Position numbers and translations under genes: made by a program. This document shows positions 1 through 12,339 of a DNA stretch of 64,000 nucleotides, piece by piece (positions within the stretch are counted from its first letter, which is position 1; the number at the start of each line of letters is the position of its first letter). Source of the DNA: Octopus vulgaris (taxonomy: Eukaryota); the NCBI GenBank assembly GCA_951406725.2, contig OX597822.1, positions 49,352,001 to 49,416,000 of the forward strand. Reading direction: 5' to 3'. The notes beneath the pieces were generated by a model. The model did not search any database. It saw nothing but the letters and a program-made list of their open reading frames with translations, and was not told where the DNA came from.

Positions 1-711
1 CATCAACATCATCATCATCTCAACGACGATAACGATGACGGCGACCACCATCTCCCCCAACATCACCCTATCATCACCATCAGCACCATCCACTACCGCC
101 GCCAGCTACCATTTTGTATTTGACGTCGTCATCATCATCATCATTTAATAAGTTATGAGACAAGAGTATGTGTCACCGTTATGAGTTTTTCAGTATCACT
201 AGCATAGCTGATTTATAGTAAGGTGTGAACTTAAGGTAGTAAATAATAAAGCTGGATAGCATAAGTGGAGCATAAGGAACTCTACCCGAAGCAAATGGTT
301 ATGACTTAATATATTGTTATATTACAAATATTAGAAATGGGAATGTGAGATGAAACAGTCGTTTCCTAAATGGCAACATGCTAATAGCTGCCTAAGTGAA
401 ATGAACTGAATTCTGCAGGGAATTTGAAATCGATTACAACATTGTTTATATTCAGGACAGAATGTCTGCACTACTTGCTTCTACCAACTCCATCACTCGC
501 GTGTATTCTTAGCCAATTTATTGGAACATCAGCCAGGTAATGTACCGTATAGTAGTGATTAGCTTCTCTATGTTTCATCGCACTGTTGCGAGCGTGAGCT
601 TTAAAAGTCTACTCTGAGGCTCACGACTGCAGTTTCACGCCTACTGTTATATGTATATAAATGTATATACATATATATATACAATATGTACACTCACACA
701 CGCACTCGCAC

Positions 712-754
<43 letters not shown>

Positions 755-836
755 TATATTTTTTTACCGGCATCCTCTCTGTCACCGGGTTTAATCTGCG
801 TCTGCGAAGTGGTCTGAAAAGTTAGGATATACAGGC

Positions 837-906
837 AGTTAGTGATGAAGACTGGCCTTCAGCAAATATTCTTTTGCTGAGAATAGTTAGAAACCATGGT
901 CTGGGA
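837..906 (+). ncRNA. Degenerate hammerhead motif
   Basis: GTGATGA-a-GACT...TCAGCAAA/TTTGCTGA hairpin...AGTT-a-GAAA-CCATGG-TC; helix III palindrome ACCATGGT; helix I eroded. Confidence 0.55.
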
Positions 907-1029
907 AATAATTGAGATGGTAAACGTTTTTAATTTTCATTGCTTTCGATAATTTATCTTTAATTGGTGGTTTGAGTTTTCTACTGCTCTTTCTTGCACA
1001 AGGCTTTCCTATTTGGAAGATTCTTGTTG

Positions 1030-1113
<84 letters not shown>

Positions 1114-1712
1114 GAGAGAGAGATAGATAGATAGATACACACACATATATTACAAAACTCAGTTTAAAAGAGAATACAATTCAGATAACCCATTCCTGAA
1201 ATTAGTCTAGTACAAATACATATACGGAAATGAATAAACATCTAACTAGATCAAACTGTAAACTTCTAAAAGACAAACACACAAAACTAACATGGAAGTA
1301 AAGCGTTCTCAAACTAGGAACAGTGTAATTCACAAATAAGAAATGCTAGAAGAAACCAACCTAGAATTAAAAGTAATTATTTCTCTCCAGCAACTAGAAG
1401 CATCCAAGGAACTACTTCTATCCCTCAACGAAGAAACTCGACCTAGGGAATTTCAACCTATTTACTCAGACAGTAAAACCAACCCACAACATCTCAAATA
1501 TAATTCAAGTCCCTAACAATTTATATCAACGGAAAAACTCCAGCCAATTTAACCAGACAGTAAAACCAGCCTCCCAGTAATCTTAATATAATTAGTAACA
1601 CTAACAATTTCTACCAACGAAATTATAGCAAACATTTTTCGGACCGACTGGAGAGAAACAGAGACACACGTTGGAACAAAACACACATGGTCTCATGGTC
1701 TCAAAAATTTGT

Positions 1713-2126
1713 CCTAGAAAGGCTGAGGACGCTGGACCTTTATTCTCTTGAAAAACGCCGCCGCCGTGGTGATCTCATTCTCGCCCACAACATCATAAGC
1801 GGAAAGTGTAACCTCTCGAAAGAGCTGTTCTTCACTCCTGCTCCAGAGCGTCGGCTGCGGGGTCATTCCGAAAAGCTCTACCTGCGACGATTTCATCTCA
1901 ATCGAAGGAGAGGAGCTTTCTCTGTCCGGGTTGCGGATCCGTAGAACAAGCTGCCAGACGAGATGGTGAAGATGCCGACGACCGCTTTGTTCAAAGCCTC
2001 CCTTGACCTCAAGTGGCCTGAACTCTTTACATGAACACCACCCTGTACTTAACTCCATGTCCCCCTACATGGCCTTGCTATTTGCTTTTGAGCCAAATTA
2101 ACTAACTAACTAACTAACTAACTAAC
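1713..2126 (+). mobile_element. CR1-clade LINE 3' fragment with (CTAA)n tail
   Basis: ERLRTLDLYSLEKRRRRGDLI...LRGH...FSVRVADP*NKLP...FKASLD is the typical CR1 ORF2 C-terminus (W to stop). Short 3' UTR with a CCATGT/ACATGG hairpin, then (CTAA)n. Confidence 0.88.
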
Positions 2127-3399
2127 ACAGAGAAACCTAGAGTAATAAATTCATAAAAAAATTCTCTGCAACAAAAATCAGTATACTAGCTACAGGTTTA
2201 AAATTTCCCCCACTCCTACGAAAGTCTAACCAGAATGAAATTAATGACAATATTTCGAAATTCTGCAGAGAACTACGACTCAGAAGCACTAACTGACTAC
2301 AACAACGAGGATAAATCACTGTTTAAAAACAGAAGCAATTATCTTCCACTTAAGGGTAGGAACAAAGCACCACATGACTTCTGCAACCATATCCAAAATT
2401 TCCAAAGCGGAAAATTTATTAAAATCTCAACAATTTAGTATAGAAAAATCTAATTGAACTGCAAAATGATAAATAACTGACAATCAAAGAAGCAGGCAAA
2501 GGAAGTGCTGTAGTCCTGATGGACACAGAATGTTACAAAATCCTAGTATTAACCATGCTACGAAAAACCGGGCTGCCATTGGTTACATGGTGTTGTTAGA
2601 AGTGAGATCCACAATTCAGCGACATCAGATGCATTAAACAAATGAGAATTTCTCGGACCACGTGGCTAGACAGAAAGCTGGTGGTCTGGCCGATTTTTGA
2701 TAGCACTTGCGGGTGAGTGTGTGGGTGTGAGTGTGCTTGTTGTGTGTGTACGCCAAATGTACAAGTGCGTAGCTGTATCTGATGCCTATGCGTGCATATC
2801 TGCCATGCGAGCGTGTGTGTGAGACGATGCGCTGTATGTGTGTGTGTGAGGGCACGCATGTATGTAAGCTGGCGTGTGGCTGAGATATGATGCCATCAGC
2901 TCGTTGGTGCGTATGTGTGTCTTTGTTAGGGTATGTGTATGTATGGGTGCAGGTGCGTATTGTGTGCAGCAATATGTAGGTGTATGTGTCACTTGTATAT
3001 ACCAGCTTCTTGTGTATCAGCTGTGTGTGTGTGGGTGCACGTACATGTTTAGGATGCATGCGTGGGCGTGCTTCCATATGGATACTTGGTGAACGTGAGA
3101 ATTTACTTTCCTGTATACGTATGAATTTGTGCGCATCTCTCAGAAAGAACATGTATGCATGCGTGCGTGTGTTTTTATTTGGGATATGAGCGCGCGTGTG
3201 TACATATATATATATGCATGCTTTTTATATTCGTGCGTGTTAGCATTAAAGATGTATGCTAGTGTGGTTGCAAAAGCGCTGCAGACGGGGAGATTTTGCA
3301 GTTCAATTGAGATTTGGTGGTAAAGAGGCTGCATAAGATTGGAAGGTCAACCTGTGGTTAGGAACACTGACCTTAAGTGTAGGGCAACCAGTGTTAAGA

Positions 3400-4000
3400 T
3401 GCTTTATCTGGGTATACGCAAGACTCCTACTAAACACGATCACCATGATATGTAAGAAAACTAGTAACTCTACATACAATAACATAAATACAGACGCAAA
3501 TGGGCAAGCCATCATTCTAAACATAAAGTCTGGTGTGGACCGCCTTGCCACACGACACCCTCCCGATGTTATAGGGATCACAAACCCTATTTCCTCTTCA
3601 ACTCCAAATGCAGGCTGATTAACCCTTCCAAAAACGAGATGATCATTGTCAGTAAACGCACTCATGATACTATGAACTCAAATATTAGAAGGGCTACAGG
3701 GTTGATTTAATGCGATTCCAGCGCAGCGGTGATTGATTGGCTCCGCGGTATCGAGAATAAACAGGCCTGCAAATTTTTTGTCTATCGAAAACGCTTCTCC
3801 TGAGGATCTTGGATTTCATTACGCAATTCACTTGTACAAGCAAGCTCGATTTCAGAATCGTCATGAACGCAATCCTGTTTCACGGCGATTCCTTCTGGCT
3901 GAAGAAAGGTGATTCACTGTTCAACATTTCTATGGGGAGCTACGAACGGGTCTGAGATGGCCGATCGCGTCTGCTTACTTATTTTGGATACTCTCAAGAA
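3400..4000 (+). mobile_element. Penelope-like element RT remnant (second lineage)
   Basis: Decayed frames DHKPYFLFNSKCRLINPSKNEMIIVSK, AVIDWLRGIENKQACKF and FWLKKGDSLFNISMGSY match PLE RT motifs. Confidence 0.7.
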
Positions 4001-4114
4001 GCGCACACACCCACATAAGTTCATATGATTTGACATTGCCAGGCCGTCCTCCCTTAAAGTGCCGACTTATGTGGCACTAGCAAACAAGCACATATTCCAT
4101 CGAATATTCGTCTA

Positions 4115-4172
4115 GGCGGTGCCTTTGCATGGCTGCAGTCTACTGATTGGAACGATTAAAAGATAAAAGATA
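4115..4172 (+). mobile_element. SINE family A 3' tail fragment
   Basis: GGCGGTGCCTTTGCATGGCTGCAGTC...AAAAGATAAAAGA. Similar fragments lie at 11558-11621 (-) and 62670-62729 (-). Confidence 0.55.
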
Positions 4173-4636
4173 TAGACATACATTTCTTTTATTTCTAGTC
4201 AATATACACTTTCTTAAACGTGCTACAATTTGTAAATAGTTTTGTTTTGTTAACCTGGATTGTTTCTACAGCTAAATGTTTAGTGCAGTTGTTGATAGTC
4301 AGCTGTACTCGGAACTAAGGCTTAAAGAGTCATGTAAAAACGATAGCTTACATTTAATTCCTGTTCTGCTCAAACTGAAACAGTTTCAATCTGTAGATTT
4401 GATCTCATTACACATTTTCACCCGGAATTTAATTAGTTTTACAAACTAGCATTTTCAGTTAAAGAAATATCAATCACTTTAGGCAACAAGCTGATCCTAA
4501 TAATCATCTTTACATGATCTGACTTGAAATCACATTACGTAAGCTACCGATCTGCTATTAAGTGACTTCACGCGAAATATTCATCCAAACTGAAACTCGC
4601 AAACTTACAAACATATATATGTGCAGACTACACTAC

Positions 4637-4972
4637 ATTCTTATATTCTTTTACATTTTCCAGTCGTTGGACTGTAGCCATACTACTTTAAGCAAAGTTA
4701 TCGACTCTAGAACGTAAAGTGTGGTACTTTATTGGTCTTTTTTGTTGAATCGTTAAGTTACAGAAACGTAAAAAAATCAAAACCGGTTATCAAGCGATTG
4801 GATGGGATAAACACAACTCTAAACACGCTCACACAGGTACAAACAAATTCCTTTACAAGGTACTAGCCACTCTGAAGCAATAGTAGAAAACACACGCCCG
4901 AGATCCCACGCAGTGGGACGGAACTTCAAACCATTTCATTGCAAAGTGAACTGCTTAACCATGCAGCCATGC
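4637..4972 (-). mobile_element. SINE family A, old diverged copy
   Basis: Degenerate reverse complement with tail, body and tRNA head (CACGCAGTGGGACGGAAC...CTTAACCATGCAGCC). Confidence 0.6.
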
Positions 4973-5831
4973 GTGTGCGTGTATCAGTGTTTGTGTTGTG
5001 TGTGTGTGTGTGTGCATATGTGCCTGTGTATGTGTATGCATGTGCACGTGTGCGCGTGTATGTGTATGTGTGTGTGTGTGTGTGCAGGCGTACGCGAAGT
5101 CTAATTTGAACGAAACGTTTTATAAAACTTATTGGGTTCTCGAATGAACGCTTTATCTTCCTTTAATGTTGAAAAGTAATTCTGCCCAGCACGAAATCAA
5201 TTTAGATCCAAACTATGCCGATGAAAGCAGGAGTTGGTGAAAACGAAAATGAAATGAAAATGTTTGAAAAGACAACAACGGCTTACTTGCGGATTCGATT
5301 TTCCTATATTTAAGCGTATCTCTTTTGATTGATAACCTTTAAAGATTTCTTGGTGTAACAGCAGATTTTAGTGTCTTTCAGGCATTTCCACCAGACTATT
5401 TATATTTTTTTCTACACATGGATTAGCACATGTTCAGGACAACGTCAACATGAGTGTGACAAGTCTAGGAAAGACTTTAAAAGTTAAGTTTACCATCTCT
5501 CTGCTTATTACTTAATTCATGAGTATGAATTCTACAGTATAAGAATAAATAATTTCCTGTTGTTTAGGCGAATTAGATTGTTCTGTGGATTGTTTACAGC
5601 TATGACTACTATGCATTTTTCAGCTATAGTGTACTCTGATTTAAATTATCGTGTATATTCCTCCTTGTTATAGGCGCTTGATGGCTACAATTTCTAACGG
5701 GTCAAGCGACCAACTACAATTCTTTTTTAGTTCGAAACACATACACGATTTGATATTAAATTCTTATATTAAGAAATGTTGTTTCATGTGAACGTACTGA
5801 TATTGATTTAATGTTAACATACGTATGTATG

Positions 5832-6425
5832 AATGTCATTATTCAGTTTATTTCAAGATTTCTTGCTCATAGAGAAAGAACCGGTTTCTTATCTAGATCC
5901 AATGTTCCTTCATTGGAATTTCAACATCAACAACAGAGTATTTTTCAATGTATGTATGTATGTATGTATGTATGTATGTATGTATGTATGTATGTATGTA
6001 TGTATGTATGTATGCATGCATGCATGCATGTATGTATGTATGTATGTATGTATGTATGTATGTATGTATGTATGTATGTATGTATGTATGTGCAGATTTG
6101 TATGTTTTATGTATGTATTCTCATGCATATAGTTATATATTTAGACATGCTCATATATATTTAAATGATAAACTGGAAAGTTTTATAGATTTGTACGGTT
6201 CCAGTGATGGATTGGATCAGTAGTCTTCGAATTAGCTTTCCCCTTCCTGGTTTTGAGAAGCCTAACTTTTCAAAATTGGTATTTAGGCAGTGTGTTACAT
6301 ATCCCAGGACCCCAATAATTACAGGTATAAACCTGAACTTGTTATCTGGATAGAGTAACTGCAGATTTCTCAATAGTTCAGCATAGGTGTTCTCTTTTTC
6401 ACCGATCTTCAGCTTTATGTTAAAA
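5832..6425 (-). mobile_element. 3' end of an RLE-type (R4/Dong-like) non-LTR retrotransposon with 3' UTR containing (CATA)n
   Basis: KIGEKENTYAELLRNLQLLYP...FIPVIIGVLG is the C-terminal end of a restriction-like endonuclease domain. The 3' UTR is homologous to 57342-57513. Confidence 0.7.
5948..6091. repeat. (TATG)n microsatellite
   Basis: Read directly. Confidence 0.95.
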
Positions 6426-7298
6426 CTTAGTGCACATGCACAATAGAGTTCAAGGTCAATTTGTGCCAAGCAACTTTACTCTGCATGTTTTAGCTTTGTT
6501 ACTAGGGCGACAGTCCAGGTACTTATAGATGAGACCTCGTATTTCAAGTTGTAGGCCACAGACGTTGTCGGCCACATAATATGCACATGTGCTGGTGCTG
6601 TATTAAAAGCACCCAGTACTTTAAAGTAGCCATGTAAGTTTGTATGAGTTTCTATGTGTAATGTATGCATGTATCTCTTTGTCTCTTTCTCTCTCTCTCT
6701 GTGCATATCTATCTATATACGCATAGATGGTATGCATGTAAGTACAGTATCTTCGCATGTAATGTAATGTATGTATGTATGCATATATGTATATAATGTA
6801 TGTAATGTATATACGTACGTATTATATGTATATATATATACATATATTTCACGTTGTAGGACACATTTGTTACTCAAGGTAACTGAAATTTTCAGTTCAT
6901 TGGATAACTCCAAGCACAGCAAAAAGCACTAGAAAACATTTACTGATTAGGAAAAGCGAATTCCTTTAGAACATTTTATTTAGAGCATAATTCATATGAT
7001 TTGCTTGAAAAAAATATTAAGTAAAGAATATATCTTATGTTTTATATTTGCTTAATTATTTTTGTTATATATCTTTACAAAGCTTAGCATGAGATATTCT
7101 CTGAATTGATTGGGTACAAGAATTCTAATCGAATCAACATTTTCGAACCACTTGAAGATTTCCGGTATCAGTTTAAAGCAATTTATTCAAAATACGGTGA
7201 ATTCTTCTCATTGTATATATAATAAACTTGCGAAAAATTGGGGATGATATTAATTAAAATATAAGGGTTAAAATTTAAAATAAAATTCGAAAACTTAC

Positions 7299-7482
7299 TT
7301 GAAATAAAAGCTATTATTTTTAAACCCGAAAAACGGTGTAATATAAGTCATCATCCAAATGTATCCTCCGCCGCAGTCGAAATATGGTTTGCTCCAATAG
7401 CCATCTTCATAACGGACCAATATGATGGAATCGTTTAAGAATTCTCCTTGATAGGTGTCATTATAGCGTTTCTGCCAAACAT
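7299..7482 (-). CDS. GPR158-like: Internal coding exon of a GPR158/GPR179/CG31760-like class C GPCR (extracellular Cache-domain region)
   Basis: 184-bp open exon bounded by acceptor ttattacAG and donor AA|GTAAGT (phase 1 to phase 2). Translates as xVWQKRYNDTYQGEFLNDSIILVRYEDGYWSKPYFDCGGGYIWMMTYITPFFGFKNNSFYF(K). W-x-x-PYFDCGGG-x-x-W-M-x-TY-x-x-PFFG is characteristic of this family. Family-level call only. Confidence 0.85.
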
Positions 7483-7593
7483 CTGTAATAAATTAAACAA
7501 AAATATAAGAATCAAACTTGCAAAGTTTATGTGTATAGACCTGGTGTGCAAACGGTTCTGCCTTATCACCAACCTAATAATAATAAAAGATAT

Positions 7594-7724
7594 TTTCTCT
7601 CTTAGGCACAAAGCCTAAAATGTTGGAGGAGGATGCCAGTCGATTACATCGATACCAGTGCTGAACTGATACTTTACTAATCGATCCTGAAAGAATGAAA
7701 GGCAAAGTCAAACTCGGTGGAATT
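7594..7724 (-). mobile_element. SINE family B fragment
   Basis: Reverse complement of the family B body (GAAAGGCAAAGTCAAACTCGGTGGAATTT). Confidence 0.7.
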
Positions 7725-7840
7725 TTGTTGTTCCTTTTATGGTGATGGCAGAGTTGAAATTTTTAGTAGCGAAAAATCAGCTTTCTACTTTTCCGGTGCC
7801 TTGAAATTTCTCTCTGCTAAACGCTTTATTATATAGTTCC

Positions 7841-7894
<54 letters not shown>

Positions 7895-8641
7895 TTTCCC
7901 TACCTCTAACTTCAATAAATTTTTTAACCATGCCATTTCCGTTTTCATGCCGCTCTCATTTCTTTTTTCTTTCTCTTCACCTCTCACTTTCACCAATTAC
8001 ATGACAGTTTAATGCATCGGCCGGCAAAAACACCACTACTCTCTGCCTCTTCTCCTTCTCTATCTCTCTTTCTCTCTCTGTCTATTTGCCTTTCTTTAAT
8101 CTCACCACCAGAACATAATCCCTCTACTAAACATTTTATTTCTTTCTCAATATCACTCATTTCAACTAACTTTTTAACCTTGTTATAAATATTACGTTCC
8201 TCCTACCTCACGTCGGCAACTCTTCTCCCTCCCTCTTTTTCTCACTCCCTCGTTCTCCCTCCCTCTTTTTCTCTCTCCGTCTTTCTCTTTCGCTCATCGC
8301 CTGTATATAAAGAAGTATTAGGTTTATTTTGGGAAAGGGAAATTTTGAGAATTTTACATACAAGAAACCGCAAAAAATAATTCCAATAATTCAATGAATT
8401 TGGCTAATTATGATAAAATCTCATACTTTAATCGAGATTTAATCTCCTTATCTCTTGGAAATATGTCCTCTTTTCTTTGGGAATCACTATCGATTTCCGC
8501 CAGGTTTCTGCTTTCCGTCTCCCATACAGATGAAATTTTAAAAAAAATCAGAATTTATTGCGTACAGCGTCCTTTACATCGCTCTTTCGTATATACAGAC
8601 ATGCATACATATGTGTATATATGTATATATAAATATGTATG

Positions 8642-8685
<44 letters not shown>

Positions 8686-8777
8686 TATTGAAAACAAGTG
8701 GATGTATTTCACCGAAACTAGGTAAATAAAACCTTCGAACAGAGACGACCAGTGGCGACACCTGCTGGGTCGACTAC

Positions 8778-8820
8778 GCTACATTGACAAAGGGCAAATA
8801 CCCTGAAACGCGTCTGTAGC
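8778..8820 (+). ncRNA. Minimal type I hammerhead motif with mutated core
   Basis: GCTACA-TTGACAA-AGGG caaata CCCT-GAAA-CGCG-TC-TGTAGC. Helix III is the palindrome ACGCGT; the core differs from CTGACGA at two positions. Confidence 0.7.
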
Positions 8821-9046
8821 TGTCTGACTGGCAGTGTGAAGCGGCTGACCTCCCTTGTTCAAAGGTTATAATGGACACAGTTTGTGTGTCAAATAGCTAT
8901 CTTAAGGCGATGGCTTTATGGAGCTAATCAGCGACAGCTTTTAGTCTTATATCTATAAGACTGCCATATTAATATGGCGATAACAATTAATTTCCAGTAA
9001 CGCTGCCGTAATCTCTTTTAGAGAGACTTAATAATTTTAATATTTC

Positions 9047-9102
<56 letters not shown>

Positions 9103-9191
9103 AGACAATGGATGTAATAACAAGGGGAAACTTGTCGTTTTCGCTGGTATGCCTTAGATAACAAAGAAGAAGGAAATAAAGATGAAGGTAA

Positions 9192-9240
9192 CATTTACAA
9201 TCGTTTCGATTGAATAGTTTTGGTAAATTTCTTCAGAATG
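9192..9240 (-). ncRNA. Minimal type I hammerhead motif in a Penelope-like pLTR (9099-9548)
   Basis: Minus strand CATT-CTGAAGA-...AATC-GAAA-CGATTG-TA-AATG; helix II is weak. Confidence 0.6.
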
Positions 9241-9546
9241 CGAAAATAGTTACATCGGTTAGGTTGCGAAAATAATTGATACATATGTGATGGTAATAGA
9301 AGCAAAGATAGTAAGTCTTCCATTAAATTTTGTTCACGCGCTGGTAATTTCGCTGGGGAGAGGTTTTATTGTAATAGACTGGTTAGTTTCGTTGAGCGAG
9401 GTGAATATTATCTTTGTGTGGGGTTCCGAGTTTAACTAAGCTCATTTTTTTGCACGTGTGAATTAAATTTGTTTTTAGTCCACAGTGGGTTTAGTCACCG
9501 GCGGTGTGAGTGAAGGTGGTAACTCTAACTTAGGGTGAAAAGGGAG

Positions 9547-9590
<44 letters not shown>

Positions 9591-9593
<3 letters not shown>

Positions 9594-10010
9594 AAGGCGT
9601 GTATAAGTCTTGAAAAAATTACAAAAATCGATTCCAGGTGAGAATGCGATCGATAAAGCCGTTTGTGTCCTGCTTTTCTTCCGTCAACCTGTACATAACT
9701 GCACCTTCCAGTTTTTGTTGTTTTTGTACTGCTTAAAGGCACGTTTCTTTTCTTCCCCCAGTCAACAGCCTTATCATTACTGGTACTTTAAACTCTTCAG
9801 TTGCATATTTGTGTGAATAAAATAGTTTTTCTTTGGAATAGAAAAAAGTCTATCTTTATTTATTCTTTTGCTGGTGTCTCAAATTTAGGTTAAATCAGTG
9901 TTTATAAAAGGGGAGGCCTACGGGACGATCGGACAAGTTGTTTTGAGAAAATTTGGTTTAAATGCTTGACAACTCAGCGCCGTCCATTGGACGGAGGGCG
10001 TTTTGCTCGT
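9591..10010 (+). mobile_element. Helitron-like 3' fragment
   Basis: CCGTCCATTGGACGG hairpin (9980-9994) about 12 nt before GCTCG|T (CTAG-like), between microsatellites. Confidence 0.4.
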
Positions 10011-10011
10011 A

Positions 10012-10113
<102 letters not shown>

Positions 10114-10169
10114 GATGTATGTATATGATGGACTCTCCTGTCGGTTTCGATGCATGAGGCTCTGACAAG

Positions 10170-10420
10170 GTACTCTTTCTTTGTCGGACATGATGCTTAT
10201 GTCGAATGTGACATTTAAGTTCTGCCAACGATTTGCAAAGGAGGCCACAGATGTTGCAAATTTGAGGATTACATGCCAGTGTAGATGGTATATTTGTAGC
10301 CGGTTTTCTCCTTTGCCCTGCACCTCGAAGCCTGTTAATGCTGGTTACAACAAAGATTTTAAGACCATTTTGACACAACGATCTCCATTATGTTCGTACC
10401 AAGGTTGTTCGCTCAAAGGC
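10170..10420 (-). mobile_element. RTE-clade LINE C-terminal fragment with C2H2 finger
   Basis: ICNICGLLCKSLAELKCHIRHKH, as at RTE ORF C-termini. Confidence 0.55.
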
Positions 10421-11707
10421 GTTGTGAGCTATCTTCATATGTATATATATATGCAGCACAGAATTTTGTCAGTGAACAGGTCGCAGTCTCAAAGCGACGA
10501 CAATATTTTAACAAATTAAATTTAAATGTTGAAGTGAATCTAACGGATTTTGTGTTTCTTAAATGGCTTATAAACACCTTCCACGCTGCACAACTGTTTT
10601 CGTTCCAGCACACGATCTCAGATCTGGTCACTCGCTATGCAAGTACATCTCCGTAATATATATATATATATATGTACATGTATGCATACACTCACAGACA
10701 AACGTATCTATCTACCTATCTATTTTTATGTGTGCATGATGTGCTCCGATATAACTTGTCCGGGGTGGGTGCGTAATGAGATTGAGTCTCAAACCACATG
10801 GTTGTGAACGGAACCTCTTCACCTCACTACCACCAGTGAGAATCAACAAAACTTCAACAATAATTAATAACAATTGTTTTGAAGTGTCTCAGATACATTA
10901 TGTGAAGCTGAGTTTTGTATTTTATATTATCTGAACATTCACTTTGAAGTTGTGGCGATATTTCATAAAAACATCACAGAAATAATACTCGATAGTTAGA
11001 GGGACGGCAACAAGTGCATCTGCTTACTTTCGTTACGGAATTAATTAAATATCAAAAGGGACATACTATATCAAATTCTCGATATGTATATAAATGTATT
11101 TACGTATTATGATTTTTGCAAAAAAAAAAGAAAAAAAGAAAAAATAGAAATTTAAAACACGCCCGTTTAAGAAGAGGAAGATGAATGGAAATGACAATAC
11201 AAACACATAGATATACACTCGTGTATACATAATATGTAAGTATATACATACATATATACATACATGCATACATATATGCATACACACACATATATATACG
11301 CACACACACACACATACAAACTAGTACACACATACATATACAGACCGATGTTTTTGCCAGTAATATAGTGATTTGTCTGGTAATACTATACGAAATATGT
11401 ATATTTACCTGAGCCTCTTCATAACCTGTCATATTTTTCTTCTAAATCACTGCTGCTTTTACGTTAATGTATGTTACTCAGAATATTATATATCTCAAAT
11501 AGCTTATCAAAGTGAAGCTTATATAGAAAAGAGTTTAACATTAAACGGAAGAATTATTTAGTCGAACTAATCGACGCCAGTACTTATTCTATATCGGTCT
11601 CTTTTGCTAAACGGCTAAGTTCCATATATATATATATATATATATATGTATATCTTATATTTATGTATAAAATGTATGAAAATCCGGGTTTTATATGCAC
11701 TAAGCCA

Positions 11708-11744
<37 letters not shown>

Positions 11745-11913
11745 ATGTGTGTGTGGGTCTCTTTGTATATGTGTACGTGTATGTGTTCTTGTTTGTGTAT
11801 GAGTGTATGTTTGCGTGTATGTATGTATGGATGTATGTGTGTATGTGTGTGTGTATGAACATTATCAATATCACATAGTTAATGTATGTGTGTTTATAAA
11901 TACTACAAAGCTA

Positions 11914-12339
11914 CGGTATGTTGTTCATGGGAGACCATTTGAAAGACAAATTATGTTTAGAAACACAGTATGACTCAAAGTTAAGCGAAACGAAATCGCC
12001 TCAGATGTTAAAGAGAGCGACATATATGGATATTTCGAGATTATTTCCGCTCTTTACTTTCACACACTTCTCCGCCTCGAGCCTGTTTTCCTTGTGCGAC
12101 ACTTTTGAACGTCGGCGAATAGATTTTATAGTATTTGCACACAAATATCTGATTCACTGGGGCGAGTTGTTTCTGAGGTGGGTCAGTGTGTGACAGTGAA
12201 GAGCAGAAATGACCGCAAAATATCGATATCTGTCGTTCGATTTCATTTCCTGGGCGATATCGTTTCACCTAATTTTGAGTTGTGCTTTGTTTTTAAACGC
12301 AATACCTCTTTAAAATGGTTTCCTCGGGGCGCAATACTG
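11914..12339. mobile_element. Fold-back MITE (Tc1/pogo-like ends) with ~150-bp imperfect inverted arms
   Basis: 11928-12080 aligns with the reverse complement of 12172-12325 (roughly three-quarters identical). Ends TA-CGGTAT ... ATACTG-CA. Confidence 0.7.

Larger units (their letters stand above)
760..2562 (+). mobile_element. Penelope-like element remnant (pLTR with HHR plus N-terminal ORF), interrupted by microsatellite and CR1
   Basis: HHR-like motif at 837-906. Decayed frames ISILATGLKFPP (~2176-2215) and LTIKEAGKGSAVVLMDTECYKILV (~2477-2550) match PLE pre-RT motifs (GLKF; IKxADKG-x-AVV). Treating all pieces as one element is inferred. Confidence 0.65.

Noticed and set aside
5811-6223. 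MYVC/HTYI-repeat ORFs here and YLSI/IYIY ORFs elsewhere (e.g. 36332-36792, 32379-32727)
   Set aside because: Stop-free frames of tetra- and dinucleotide repeats.
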